A stretch of 64,000 nucleotides of DNA from a bacterium. GTDB lineage: Bacteria > Patescibacteriota > Minisyncoccia > JACQLN01. A model generated the notes under the pieces. That model searched no databases, was not told where the DNA came from, and was given only the letters and a program-made list of their open reading frames with translations. Where the stretch lies: assembly GCA_030697795.1 (NCBI GenBank), contig JAUYOV010000004.1:211334-275333 (forward strand). Reading direction: 5' to 3'. The position numbers and the translations under genes were made by a program. This document shows, piece by piece, positions 53,135-63,494 of this stretch; within the stretch, counting starts at the first letter, position 1, and each line of letters opens with the position of its first letter.

Positions 53135-53698
53135 CTAAAGTAGAGACTCGCACTTTTTGAGTATCTTGGGGATTCTTTTAAAAGCTGCCTTTAAAGCCTC
53201 CATATTTTGCGTAGATCTAAGAGCGGCCGCCGGATGAAAAACTGGGGCTATAAACCTACTGTCCAACTTAAAAACCTTGCCTTGATCTCGGCTAATTTTT
53301 GCTGTAGGTAAAAAATAGTTCATAGAAAAACGCCCTAGAGTTACGATGAGTTTTGGATTTATAATTTCTATCTGACGAGTCAGATATGGTTTATAAGCTT
53401 CTATCTCTTGGGGTAGTGGATCACGATTTTCCGGTGGTCTTCTTTTTACAATATTAGTTATATAAACTTCTGCCCTCTGCCAACCCACGCCTTCTATCAA
53501 AGTATTTAAAAGTTGGCCGGCTCTGCCCACAAAAGGTCGGCGCTGTTCGTTTTCGTTAAAGCCCGGCGCTTCACCTATAAACATAACTTTGCAATTTATA
53601 TCACCTTCACCAAAAACCAAATTGGATTCACGCAGAGGCAACAAACTGTTTTCTTCTAATTCTTCTTTGAGTTTTTGTAGTTCTAACTTTTTATCCAC
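53135..53698 (-). CDS. Uracil-DNA glycosylase, family 4
   Basis: Motif A GEAPG in FIGEAPGFNEN, and the family-4 C-terminal motif HPAAALR. Confidence 0.8.
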   Translation of the reverse strand: MDKKLELQKLKEELEENSLLPLRESNLVFGEGDINCKVMFIGEAPGFNENEQRRPFVGRAGQLLNTLIEGVGWQRAEVYITNIVKRRPPENRDPLPQEIEAYKPYLTRQIEIINPKLIVTLGRFSMNYFLPTAKISRDQGKVFKLDSRFIAPVFHPAAALRSTQNMEALKAAFKRIPKILKKCESLL

Positions 53699-53780
53699 GG
53701 TTTTAATGACTAATGACTAAACTTTTTTATCATTTTGATTTAGACATTAGGTTTTGATTAGAAATTAGGCATTAGATATT

Positions 53781-53812
53781 GCTCGCCCTGCGAAGCTTTA
53801 GCGAAGTAGGGG
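53781..53812. repeat. Small palindromic repeat family, intergenic copy (between the UDG and permease genes)
   Basis: GCTCGCCCTGCGAAGCTTTAGCGAAGTAGGGG. Confidence 0.7.
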
Positions 53813-53817
53813 AAATT

Positions 53818-54963
53818 TTAAAGTGTATATATAATTTCGTAGGCAACGCCTAATGCAAACATTAGCGCTAAAAGAAAAACAAGACCAGTTTTTAAAGATA
53901 AAGAATATTCTGGCGATTGATTACCTTTTTTTCTGGCTCTCGTCCAAAGCAGAATTATAAGCAAAGCTTCTAGCCCGCCCATAACACCCCCAGCCAAAGA
54001 AATTAGTTTAATAAAATCGGAAAAACCAGAGAAAAACAAATACATAGGCACACCTACAGTTAAAACAAAGCTTGCCAAGACGGGCAGTTTAAAATCTAAC
54101 TGAAAAGAATTTTTTAAATTTAAACCTATAGTAAAAAAAGAAGTTATGACAGCCAAAAACCCAACTAGAGCGCCATATTTTACAAAACCTTTACCCAGAA
54201 AATCGCTTAAACCAGCTATAGCCTCTCTGGATGTAGAAACACCGCTTATACTTACCACTGCCACTGTAAAAACCGCGTAAACTAAAATAGGAATAACTGT
54301 GCCCCAAACAATGGCTCGGCCATAGTTTTTGGCGTTTGATTTAAAAAAAGATCTAATTTCTGGTATGGCCGAACCTCCAGCCAAAGCAAAAAGAACTATG
54401 CCATAAGGAAAAAACAGTGAATCAACAGTAGAAAAATTTATTAAATTTTCTGGCCGAGCCATATCAAAAGCGTAAAAAACAAACCCCCCAATTAATAAAA
54501 TCATCGCCCCCACCAGAAAAAAATCTGTCCAGCCAGCTAAGCGCATGCCCTTAAAAACAACTGTAAAACCGATAATAGCTAAGGCGATAGAACCAGCTTG
54601 CGAAGAAAAATTTAAAAAACCAGAAAAAATAATCCTTAAAAATTCTCCGCCTACCACCAAATAGGCTAAAAGAGCTAAGTATAAATTTATAAAAAATATA
54701 ATGCTGGCAATTGTTTTCCCTGATGAACCAAAGTAAACCTCGGCGTAACCCGCCAACCTATGTTTGGTAGATGTTCTTAAAACAACTTCGCCATACATTA
54801 AATGAAGCAAGATGACTAAAATACCCAAAATAAATAAATAAAATAACACTGGTCCAATCCCAGAAATGGCGGCCGTGTAAGGCAAACCAAACATACCCAC
54901 GCCAATTATGGTTCCGACCAGAGTGGAAACTGCTAAAGTAAAATTGCTTAATGTTTTTAGCAC
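53818..54963 (-). CDS. Amino-acid permease-like polytopic membrane transporter (APC superfamily-like)
   Basis: 381 aa, about 11 TM helices. N-terminus resembles Trp/Tyr permease-type transporters. Confidence 0.45.
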   Translation of the reverse strand: MLKTLSNFTLAVSTLVGTIIGVGMFGLPYTAAISGIGPVLFYLFILGILVILLHLMYGEVVLRTSTKHRLAGYAEVYFGSSGKTIASIIFFINLYLALLAYLVVGGEFLRIIFSGFLNFSSQAGSIALAIIGFTVVFKGMRLAGWTDFFLVGAMILLIGGFVFYAFDMARPENLINFSTVDSLFFPYGIVLFALAGGSAIPEIRSFFKSNAKNYGRAIVWGTVIPILVYAVFTVAVVSISGVSTSREAIAGLSDFLGKGFVKYGALVGFLAVITSFFTIGLNLKNSFQLDFKLPVLASFVLTVGVPMYLFFSGFSDFIKLISLAGGVMGGLEALLIILLWTRARKKGNQSPEYSLSLKTGLVFLLALMFALGVAYEIIYTL

Positions 54964-54967
54964 AATT

Positions 54968-55204
54968 CTATATAGTGCTTACCGGTAAATATTTAGAAGT
55001 TAGCCAAAAAGCTATCGCGCCCCAAATTGCAGCGAGAGGCAAAATAATACGACCGTATTTTTTTAAACCCGGTTCGGTTGTGTATAAAGCACCCAAAATT
55101 ACACCCGAAAAAATTGGGTTAAGCGCAGTGATGATTAAACCAGCCCACAGCCATTTTTTAGACCTGAGCCCGTCGATAGGTTTTGAAAAATTTTGTTCAA
55201 TCAT
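54968..55204 (-). CDS. Small membrane protein (hypothetical)
   Basis: ORF with 2 TM helices. Confidence 0.2.
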   Translation of the reverse strand: MIEQNFSKPIDGLRSKKWLWAGLIITALNPIFSGVILGALYTTEPGLKKYGRIILPLAAIWGAIAFWLTSKYLPVSTI

Positions 55205-55209
55205 TACAC

Positions 55210-55632
55210 TTAATAGTGACTTTCTCTTATCGCAACAACATAAAAAACCCTATCAATAAGAAAAAAGAAAAGACGGCCTTTGTCATAATCAATTTTTGCT
55301 TCTTTTATTTCAGCATCGGGTAAATCAAACAACCCTTTATATAATTTCCTGTAGTTTCCACTATTATTAATAGGGGTAATTTCTAATTTTGGTAAACATT
55401 TTTTAAAATCATCTTCGGCTTTTATATTCACCCCTACATCACGCACTACACGAAGTGCTTTTTTTGCCATTTTAGGATTCATTCCATCAAGTTGGCACTC
55501 GCCACGATTATAGCGTTCAAATGAAATGAGTAGAGGTTTTGCCTCCGGAGCTTCTTCTGGTTGAGGAATTTCAGTTACCCTCTGGGGTATTGAACTTATC
55601 GATTGTTCTTCTTCGGGTTTTGGAATTGTCAT
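55210..55632 (-). CDS. Putative toxin partner of the Panacea-domain protein; RelE/ParE-like C-terminus with Pro/Glu-rich N-terminal extension
   Basis: C-terminal GRLFFFLIDRVFYVVAIRESHY resembles the RelE/ParE C-terminus. Immediately downstream of the DUF4065 gene. Confidence 0.35.
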   Translation of the reverse strand: MTIPKPEEEQSISSIPQRVTEIPQPEEAPEAKPLLISFERYNRGECQLDGMNPKMAKKALRVVRDVGVNIKAEDDFKKCLPKLEITPINNSGNYRKLYKGLFDLPDAEIKEAKIDYDKGRLFFFLIDRVFYVVAIRESHY

Positions 55633-55647
55633 AGCTCAAAAACATTT

Positions 55648-56118
55648 TTATTGCTTGAGCTTAGCGGCATAAAACTCTTTCATGTCTTTGAGTGAAATCT
55701 CGTTTTCTGAACCAACGCTTGATTCAATTCCCTCGCGTGCTTTTTGCCACGGTATCTCAGAATGAGAAAGATACTCTAAGTAAGCTGCGTCTTTTTTACC
55801 ATACACTGACCACACTTGATCTAGAAAGTTCTTTATCTCCTGTGAAATCATCGCAATATCCTCACTACTCACGTTTTTAACAATTGGTCCAAAGCCAAAA
55901 TTTTTATATTCAAAATATACATCACGCACAGCAGGGCCGTGTACCCACGCCTCAATTTTTTCATTAAAAAGTTTTTTGTCACGCAAGACAAGAGACCACG
56001 CCTGTGCATAGTAAAGTAGTTTTTGCAGTTTCTTATTTGTAATTGCCTTTTTTTCATTACTTGCTTTCCAGAGAAAATAGTCAGCAATTTTTTGTGCCCT
56101 CAAAATTCCGCGAATCAT
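55648..56118 (-). CDS. Panacea-domain (DUF4065, SocA/PanA-like) antitoxin-type protein
   Basis: Signature KLQKLLYYAQAWSLVL...WVHGPAVRDVY, typical of DUF4065. Confidence 0.6.
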   Translation of the reverse strand: MIRGILRAQKIADYFLWKASNEKKAITNKKLQKLLYYAQAWSLVLRDKKLFNEKIEAWVHGPAVRDVYFEYKNFGFGPIVKNVSSEDIAMISQEIKNFLDQVWSVYGKKDAAYLEYLSHSEIPWQKAREGIESSVGSENEISLKDMKEFYAAKLKQ

Positions 56119-56229
56119 AATAAATTAAGTATAGCAAACAGCAAGCGGGTGGCAAAGCTATCGCCCGATATTACACTAAATTTACTCAACCTACTTTTGG
56201 ACGGACGGATTTTGCGGCGGAACTAAATT

Positions 56230-59200
56230 TTAATAAGATCGTGTTCCTTTACAATAAGGAAATTTTGAACAACCATAAAATTTACCGCGTCTACCATTTC
56301 TTAAAATCATTTTTGCTCCGCATCGTGGGCAGATTTTATTGCTCGTTACCGTTGTAACTCTTTTTGTCGTTCCCATAACCCTGTACGATGAACTATGTCC
56401 CTTACAATACTTACAGAACCTACCATATTTGGTAAGCAATGAGGAATCCCTGAAATCATTGGCAGTTCTTATCTCTTTGCATTTGGAGCACTCTTTCATA
56501 TCCCCATTTTGCAAGCCCTCAATCGTCTCATGAATATGATTTATTCTGCTATGTCTGCTCACTCCGTTTTTGATCAGATTTCCAATTCTCTCATTGAGCG
56601 TTGCAACGGGATCATCACCGACATTGAATTTATTGATTCGTAAAAACTTATAACCGTAACTTTCTAGAACCTTTTCTCGATAAACATGAGCTTCGGTGTG
56701 ATAATCCTCATAATTAAACTCATTTATCTCGTCAATGTTTGTAAAGTGTTCCCTAAATCCGTCATATTCAATGATTATTTTGTGTTCTTTATGGCCTTCA
56801 TCTTTATAAACTAGAAGGAAATCAACTATGTAGTTTGGGTGGTTATAAGTTTTTTCTAACTGCTTCAAGTACTTCCCTAATTCAAATTGGGGGATAAATT
56901 CAATGTCGTCTTTGTGCTTCTTCCAAAAGTCGGTTTTGTAAAACCAATCCATGACTTTTGGCTCCATCTTTGATTTCACATCGGTTTCGCTGATACTCCG
57001 TTCTTTCCTCGCTTCGGCAAGCACAAAGTAGTAATGTCGCAACGCTTCTCCGATTGAGCCATTATATTTTTCAATTGGCTTGCTCAACACAAAGTACATA
57101 CACTCTTTAGCGCGACTCAACCCAACATTTAATCTTTGGGCTTTTATTTTTCCATCCTCTTCAATATCAACATTGCTCAAATCTTTAATAAACACGCCCC
57201 AAAGATGGTCGTCTTCTTCAGTGGCAACCAACGAGTAATAAATAATGTCTCTTTCCTCGCCCTGACAAGTGTCAAAAGTCATTATTTTCAGATTCAATTT
57301 GTCGTAGAAATAATCCTTTTCGAGTAACTTGCTAATCATCTCTACAAGAAGTTTCTGCTGATTGGTGTGCGGGGTGATTATTCCAACGCTTGAATTACTA
57401 TCAGCCTTTTTTAGCCTTTGTAATTCCGAGATAATAAATTCCGCTTCAAGAGAATTGGTATTTTGGGTTAATTCTTTTTTACCATCATGCTTGATAAAGG
57501 AGAAACGCAAAACTTCATCAATTGCTTTTCCTCTTATTTTCATCACCTGCAAGCTGTCTTGATAAAAGTACTTATTTGAATAGGAGATAATCTCTTTATA
57601 ACCCCTGAAGTGTTTGAGGAGTTGAGTATTGTAGTTAGTGATGAAAGAGCAAAACTCAAGAATAGATGTTTTGATGTTGAATTTACCAAGCTTAACCATA
57701 TTGGTTTCCTCATCAGAAACACACTCAAGGAAAGTAGCTTTAAGATCGTTAAGATATTCTCTATTTGTTTCAGTGCGCGCCTGTGCCGACTTGACGTTGC
57801 TGAACTGTTTCTTATCACCAAGAATGAGAACTTTCTTGGCCCGTAATAATGCCGGAAATGCCTGAGCGATGCTAACCTGCGACGCCTCATCAATGATTAC
57901 CAAATCAAATATCTCCGGCTCTAGCGGGATGTACTCTGCATAATCCCGTATACCAGCTAAAATACACGGAAATGCCTCTTTCAGTTTTAGAAATTTATCT
58001 CTCGGAAATCTTCGTTTTTGTCTGATAATGTCTCGCAACGCTGTGGCCGTTGTGCGGTTATTATCGTAGAAGTCAATCAACCTGTTATCCAAAAGATGGG
58101 TCATTTGAGCCGTTACTAACTCCTCTATACTTCGTTTTTGTCCCGCATAATTTAGTGGTGGAATATCTGCAAAATTCTTTTTTATTTTGTGTTGAAGTCC
58201 CAAGTATCTAATAAGTTTTGAGTATTCGAGATCGCCTACCTTCAAAAGCTCATTATCAATAAATGTGCTGATATTCGTTTCATCTATTTTTGTTTGCTTA
58301 GAAAATTTTGGATAACGATTGAGTAGAGAAACAATATAGGTTAAGTCTTCAAAACTGTCCGTAATAATCTCCAAGAAACTAGAGTATTCTTTCAAAGATT
58401 CTATTTCCGCTAAGAAATTATCGTCGTTTAGAAATTTCTCTATACCATCAACGCTTGTCTTATAGTTTTTGTTGCTAATCGCTTTATATTTGGTGAAAAC
58501 AGAAACGGCACTCCCTGCGATCTCAAGCTTCCTTAGTTCCTCAATATCTTTTGGAGCGAATGATTTATACCAATCAGTTTTTTGAAGTTGAGCGATTGCA
58601 GATTGATATTTATTTGTCGAAGTAAATAAGGCCTTGAATTTTTCTTGAAGCTCGCTGTCTTTGATAAGAGTGGTAAGGGATTCGATCAAATCAATCGTTC
58701 TGATAGTTGTGGGAAGGTCTTTTTTATAGTCAAAAATTTGTTCGGCAACCAGTTTAATCTCTTTCAATTTCTCGGTTAGTTTTTGAGGGGCGTTCAATTC
58801 TTCCGCTTTGAATGTCTTTTTAAATTTTGCGTTTAGTTCCTCAACCTGCTTGCCACGGAACAGATAGCCAAGGATAGGGAGTTTTAAACTCTCGTATTGT
58901 TCTATGAACCATTGAATTTGCTTGTAATTAAAATCAGAAAAAGTTGCTGATATTGATAATTCTGACAATCTCGGTCCAAAAGTTGAATTGAGATTTTCTA
59001 TACAATTTTTTATGAAAAACAAAACTTTCAACAAACTATCTACGTCTGCGAATTGTCTCGGCTTTTCAGTGCCGAGTAAGTTATATATAGTATCGTGTGA
59101 AGAAAGTTCGTTTCTGTAATTTTCAATTTCTAAAAACGACTCACCGCTCAAAGTGAAATCGGTTTTATCTTTATGTAAGCGAGTCGCTTTGTCCCGAATA

Positions 59201-61272
59201 TCAGCAACTTGAAAATATTTATCATAGTCGGTTTGAAATTTTTTCAAGAGAGATAATGCCGACTTTATGTTATTAATAAGTAACTCTGACGGTTTTGCTT
59301 TGGGGTCAAAATCATAATCATAATCTTTCAATTTTACTTTCAAATCTACAAGAATAGATCGTAGTTCTTCTAACTCGCCTGCTGATTCCGGATTCTTTAT
59401 CGCCTCATCAATATCAAGCGGAAACCCCTTTTCTTCAAAATAAGTTTCGAGGTCAATCAACTCGTGAATTTCTTTAAGATCAATTTCTCCGTAGGCCAAA
59501 ATCTCCGCTTGTAAATCTTCTTTAAGAGTATTTCCAACTTTTTCAATATCTGACTCAAGCGCGTCATGATTTTTCTTTACTGCCCGCAGATTGGTTCTGA
59601 TATTCTCAATTGCTGTTGTTGCCAAAATTTTACTGTAAGTACTCCCTGTTTTGCCAAGCCGTAAAATTGGATTTTGGAAATTCTTATCATACCGTACTGT
59701 GTTTAGTGTTTCGGTTATCTTATCCTCAACAACATCAAGAGCTTCTTTTTTATCAGAAAGAACCAAGACGGATTGATCCTTCAAAATATGATCAAAGGCA
59801 ATCGCGGTAATTGTATGACTTTTTCCTGTCCCCGGAGGTCCCTCTACGATGATATATTTACAATCGTCTTTTTTGATGGCTGACAAAATTTGACGTTGCT
59901 CACTATTGAGCGGAATTGGACTGTTGAAAACAAGGCGTTCGCTTGTTTCGGTTTCGTCCCACTCATCGTCTATAACTTTTTTGAAGGACTTGGGCTCGCT
60001 ATAAATGAAATCATCAATGAGTTGATTAAATGCTCCCGCCAAAATACTATCTCCAGAGGCAAGAAGTTTTAGAATTTCTTCATAGTCATTAACCAACGCC
60101 TCGTCCGACTTATCAAACAGGGCAATATAGCGGGCGTTTGACGCTCTCACCCAAAGACTTTTTGCAATTTGGTGCTCTGTGTCTGTTATGCTAATTTTCT
60201 TATCAAGTTTAAAAAAGTTGGTAATCTCATTCATTATCTCGCCAACCAATTCTCCAAAATTTTCTTTATATTGGGCAAGATAAATTATTCGATCCGTTAT
60301 GCTTTGTAGATTTCCGTGATGATTAGTTTCTTTGTTATATTCTTGTGTAATATATTCAAGTGCTTTCTTGTTTATATAAACTTGCGAATCAAATTCGACG
60401 GTCAGTGCGTCGCTCTGTTTGCTGACAGAAAACGGGATATAGAAAATTGGGTATTTAGCATTGTTGAAAGTTATATCGCAAAAGTAAAGATAAAATTCTT
60501 GCTTATCTAAAATCGTCCTATTTCTTTCCATCTCGTATATTTCGGCAAATAGATCGCCGACTTGGAAATTCTCGAAGAAAGAAACAATACTTGATTTAAC
60601 ATCTTTGACTTCAAAAACTTCTTTTACTTGCTTTGCAACATCAACTTCTGTCTTCGCCAAAATCAGTTTTACAATTTCAGAAATTTTGTTTTCTAATGGC
60701 GCTACAAGAACAGCGGTTAGTTCTTCTTCCATGAGATAGATACTGTTTTCATCGCCTAAATTCAAATTTTCCAGCGACTTTTCAAGGTTGCTGATAAACG
60801 GCAATACGAGTTCGGCTTTGATTACTTTTTCTGTTACTTCAAGAGAGGTCGTAAGAGCTTGATCATATTCTTTTAGGTGAGGTGCAGTCGATTTTTCTAT
60901 TTCCTCGGCTAACTTATCAATTATTTCCGAAATTTGCTTGGGCTTGATTTTGCCTAATTGTAGCCCAATAAGACCAAGGAGATTTTTAGGGATATTTGTT
61001 CTATAAACTCCCGCTTGAATGGTATTCAAAACATTAAAATCGAAGCCGCGAGTAACGGCTTTCCATGCGAGCGTATTGAAAGATGGGTATTTGTTAAGAT
61101 TAAGACCAATGAGCAAATTTGAACTATTGCGTAATTGGATGCTTCTTTTTGGGTTCCGCCGTTTATGGAAATCTGTTTCCAAGAAATCCATAAAATACTT
61201 GGCAACTTCTTTGATAAAAGCCAAGCCGTTATTTTGATTTTGTTCCGTTTTGTTACCTATTTTGTTTGCCAT
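56230..61272 (-). CDS. Giant (1680 aa) Upf1-like SF1 helicase with C-terminal DUF559/Vsr-like endonuclease fold and topoisomerase-type C4 zinc ribbons
   Basis: Walker A IIVEGPPGTGKSHTI with an AAA_11/AAA_12-like core. C-terminal IIIEYDGFREHF resembles DUF559. Final CPRCGAKMILRNGRRGKFYGCSKFPYCKGTR matches a Topo-type zinc ribbon. Confidence 0.75.
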   Translation of the reverse strand: MANKIGNKTEQNQNNGLAFIKEVAKYFMDFLETDFHKRRNPKRSIQLRNSSNLLIGLNLNKYPSFNTLAWKAVTRGFDFNVLNTIQAGVYRTNIPKNLLGLIGLQLGKIKPKQISEIIDKLAEEIEKSTAPHLKEYDQALTTSLEVTEKVIKAELVLPFISNLEKSLENLNLGDENSIYLMEEELTAVLVAPLENKISEIVKLILAKTEVDVAKQVKEVFEVKDVKSSIVSFFENFQVGDLFAEIYEMERNRTILDKQEFYLYFCDITFNNAKYPIFYIPFSVSKQSDALTVEFDSQVYINKKALEYITQEYNKETNHHGNLQSITDRIIYLAQYKENFGELVGEIMNEITNFFKLDKKISITDTEHQIAKSLWVRASNARYIALFDKSDEALVNDYEEILKLLASGDSILAGAFNQLIDDFIYSEPKSFKKVIDDEWDETETSERLVFNSPIPLNSEQRQILSAIKKDDCKYIIVEGPPGTGKSHTITAIAFDHILKDQSVLVLSDKKEALDVVEDKITETLNTVRYDKNFQNPILRLGKTGSTYSKILATTAIENIRTNLRAVKKNHDALESDIEKVGNTLKEDLQAEILAYGEIDLKEIHELIDLETYFEEKGFPLDIDEAIKNPESAGELEELRSILVDLKVKLKDYDYDFDPKAKPSELLINNIKSALSLLKKFQTDYDKYFQVADIRDKATRLHKDKTDFTLSGESFLEIENYRNELSSHDTIYNLLGTEKPRQFADVDSLLKVLFFIKNCIENLNSTFGPRLSELSISATFSDFNYKQIQWFIEQYESLKLPILGYLFRGKQVEELNAKFKKTFKAEELNAPQKLTEKLKEIKLVAEQIFDYKKDLPTTIRTIDLIESLTTLIKDSELQEKFKALFTSTNKYQSAIAQLQKTDWYKSFAPKDIEELRKLEIAGSAVSVFTKYKAISNKNYKTSVDGIEKFLNDDNFLAEIESLKEYSSFLEIITDSFEDLTYIVSLLNRYPKFSKQTKIDETNISTFIDNELLKVGDLEYSKLIRYLGLQHKIKKNFADIPPLNYAGQKRSIEELVTAQMTHLLDNRLIDFYDNNRTTATALRDIIRQKRRFPRDKFLKLKEAFPCILAGIRDYAEYIPLEPEIFDLVIIDEASQVSIAQAFPALLRAKKVLILGDKKQFSNVKSAQARTETNREYLNDLKATFLECVSDEETNMVKLGKFNIKTSILEFCSFITNYNTQLLKHFRGYKEIISYSNKYFYQDSLQVMKIRGKAIDEVLRFSFIKHDGKKELTQNTNSLEAEFIISELQRLKKADSNSSVGIITPHTNQQKLLVEMISKLLEKDYFYDKLNLKIMTFDTCQGEERDIIYYSLVATEEDDHLWGVFIKDLSNVDIEEDGKIKAQRLNVGLSRAKECMYFVLSKPIEKYNGSIGEALRHYYFVLAEARKERSISETDVKSKMEPKVMDWFYKTDFWKKHKDDIEFIPQFELGKYLKQLEKTYNHPNYIVDFLLVYKDEGHKEHKIIIEYDGFREHFTNIDEINEFNYEDYHTEAHVYREKVLESYGYKFLRINKFNVGDDPVATLNERIGNLIKNGVSRHSRINHIHETIEGLQNGDMKECSKCKEIRTANDFRDSSLLTKYGRFCKYCKGHSSSYRVMGTTKRVTTVTSNKICPRCGAKMILRNGRRGKFYGCSKFPYCKGTRSY

Positions 61273-61306
61273 ATAGCTACTTTATTAATCATCAATATTA
61301 GCACTA

Positions 61307-62692
61307 TTATGTCAAATCATGAATCTGACCTACTTGAGGAACCATTGCTTCCACCCCTAGATCGTTTTTGATTTTACCAGCTAGCACTGAAGCCGGGCCT
61401 TCTTCGCCTTGGACCACAAAAACTTTTTTAACACCTTTAATAGCACTTACCCATTTTAAAAGACCAATTTGGTCGGCGTGGGCCGAGTAACCGCCGATAG
61501 CTTTAACTTCGGCGCGCACTGGAATAACCTCGCCAAACATTTTTACTTCTTGCGCACCATCCAAAAGGCGCCGACCCAAGGTATTTTGAGTTTGATAACC
61601 GATTATCAAAAGTGTGGATTTGGGATCGGGTAAATATCGGCGTTCGTGATGCAATATTCGCCCGCCTTCCGACATACCCGAACCCGCTATTACAATTTTT
61701 GGCGGCAAAACTTCGTTTATGGCTTTAGAAGACTCTGTGGTTAAAGAAAACTGTAAGCCCGGGAAATTAAAAAGATCATCGCCCGACTTTATTAAATAAC
61801 CAGCCTCTTTATTAAAATAATCCGGATATTTTTGATATATGGCCGTGGCTTTTATAGCTAAGGGGCTGTCTATAAAAATCGGCATTCTTTTTATTCGGCC
61901 GGATTCCACTAGATCATTTAATTCAAAAAGCAATTCCTGCGTTCTTTCTAAAGCAAAGGCTGGAATCATTAACGTGCCGCCATTTTTTACTACAGATTCA
62001 ATTATAGCTTTTAATTTTTCTTTTCTGCGCGAACGATCTTCATGAGTTCTATCGCCATAGGCCGATTCCACTAAAACATAATCGGCTTCGGTTATAATTT
62101 CTGTGTTTTTTAAAAGCGGGGTGGGCGAATTGCCTAAGTCGCCCGAAAAAACAATTTTAGTTTTTCGGGACGTCCCGAGCGTAGTCGAGGGATTACTTTC
62201 ATTTAGATAAAATTCTATTATAGATGAGCCTAAAATGTGGCCGGCGTCTCTAAAAAAAGCTTTAATATTTTTATTTACCTTAACCTCTTCGCCGTAAGAA
62301 CGCCCATGCGTTAATTTCCAAATTTCTATAAGATCATTTTCGTCAAATAATGGTTCTAAACCAGTTTCTTCGGCTTCTCTTTTTAACAAATGCAGGGAAT
62401 CGTCCAAGTTAACGCGGGCCAAATCCAAGGTGGCATGCGTAGCAAAAATTTTCCCCCTAAAACCTTCTTTGTAAAGTTTGGGTATGCGCCCCACATGATC
62501 TAAATGCGCGTGGGTTATAAAAACAGCATCTATGGTTGAAGGATCGTAAGCAAATTTTTCGTAGTTTTCTTTTTCAGCCATTCGGCCGCCTTGCTGTAAA
62601 CCGCAGTCAATTAAAACTCTGGTGTCGCCACATTCCAATAAATAATTTGCGCCAGTAACCACACCGGCCCCGCCGTAGAAATATAATTTCAT
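61307..62692 (-). CDS. MBL-fold beta-CASP ribonuclease (RNase J / CPSF-like)
   Basis: HAHLDHVGRIP (HxHxDH) plus downstream beta-CASP motifs. 461 aa. Contains an in-frame GC palindrome insert at about 62163-62192. Confidence 0.7.
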   Translation of the reverse strand: MKLYFYGGAGVVTGANYLLECGDTRVLIDCGLQQGGRMAEKENYEKFAYDPSTIDAVFITHAHLDHVGRIPKLYKEGFRGKIFATHATLDLARVNLDDSLHLLKREAEETGLEPLFDENDLIEIWKLTHGRSYGEEVKVNKNIKAFFRDAGHILGSSIIEFYLNESNPSTTLGTSRKTKIVFSGDLGNSPTPLLKNTEIITEADYVLVESAYGDRTHEDRSRRKEKLKAIIESVVKNGGTLMIPAFALERTQELLFELNDLVESGRIKRMPIFIDSPLAIKATAIYQKYPDYFNKEAGYLIKSGDDLFNFPGLQFSLTTESSKAINEVLPPKIVIAGSGMSEGGRILHHERRYLPDPKSTLLIIGYQTQNTLGRRLLDGAQEVKMFGEVIPVRAEVKAIGGYSAHADQIGLLKWVSAIKGVKKVFVVQGEEGPASVLAGKIKNDLGVEAMVPQVGQIHDLT

Positions 62693-62801
62693 GAAATTTC
62701 TAATTACTAATACCTAATTTCTAATCAAATCCTAATAACCAATGACAAAATTATTTAGACATTCAGACATTAGAAATTAATTAGATATTAGTAATTGGAT
62801 A

Positions 62802-63443
62802 TTAGATATTTTCTAAAGTTGCCCACTTCTTCCTCACTATATTCGGCCACTCCGCATGTGATTTCTGCCAATCCTTAAGCCATTTTATTGTTACAGGATC
62901 CGAAGGATAGCCCGAACCAAAATCACCATACGTCTTTTTTAAAATTTTAACATATTTTTCACGTTCCGACTTAGCCAAAATAGAAGCCGCCGCTACGGCA
63001 ATATTAGAGCTATCCATTTTATTAGCGCCGATTATTTTATGATCTTGATTCAAACAGAGCGAGCTAATATTTTTGCAATAGTTTTTAATACCAGTTCCAG
63101 ACACAGGCGCGTCCAGATAAACCCTGTGGGGCAAAAAATGATTTATGAGTTTAGCCGAAAATTTAATTTCTAAGTCATTTATGGAATATTTATCTATATC
63201 GGCTGGGCTAATTTTAATAACTTTATAACCGTGGGCTATTTTTTTAATTTCTTTTGCTATCTCTTCCCTTTTTTTAGCCACCAGTAATTTTGAGTCTGTA
63301 ACGCCAAGATCGTTTAATTTATCTATTAAATGATCTTCTTCGGAAATTAAAAAACCGCCCAAAAAAAGCGGACCAATAACACAACCCTTACCAGCTTCGT
63401 CTATGCCTAAAACTAAATCGTGCATGAATGGATTATAGCGCAA
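62802..63443 (-). CDS. rnhB: Ribonuclease HII
   Basis: LGIDEAGKGCVIGPL and downstream RNase HII motifs. Confidence 0.85.
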   Translation of the reverse strand: MRYNPFMHDLVLGIDEAGKGCVIGPLFLGGFLISEEDHLIDKLNDLGVTDSKLLVAKKREEIAKEIKKIAHGYKVIKISPADIDKYSINDLEIKFSAKLINHFLPHRVYLDAPVSGTGIKNYCKNISSLCLNQDHKIIGANKMDSSNIAVAAASILAKSEREKYVKILKKTYGDFGSGYPSDPVTIKWLKDWQKSHAEWPNIVRKKWATLENI

Positions 63444-63494
63444 AGAATTAAATCAGCCCCGACGATGTTACGTCGGGGCTGAAAGGTGTTGATA

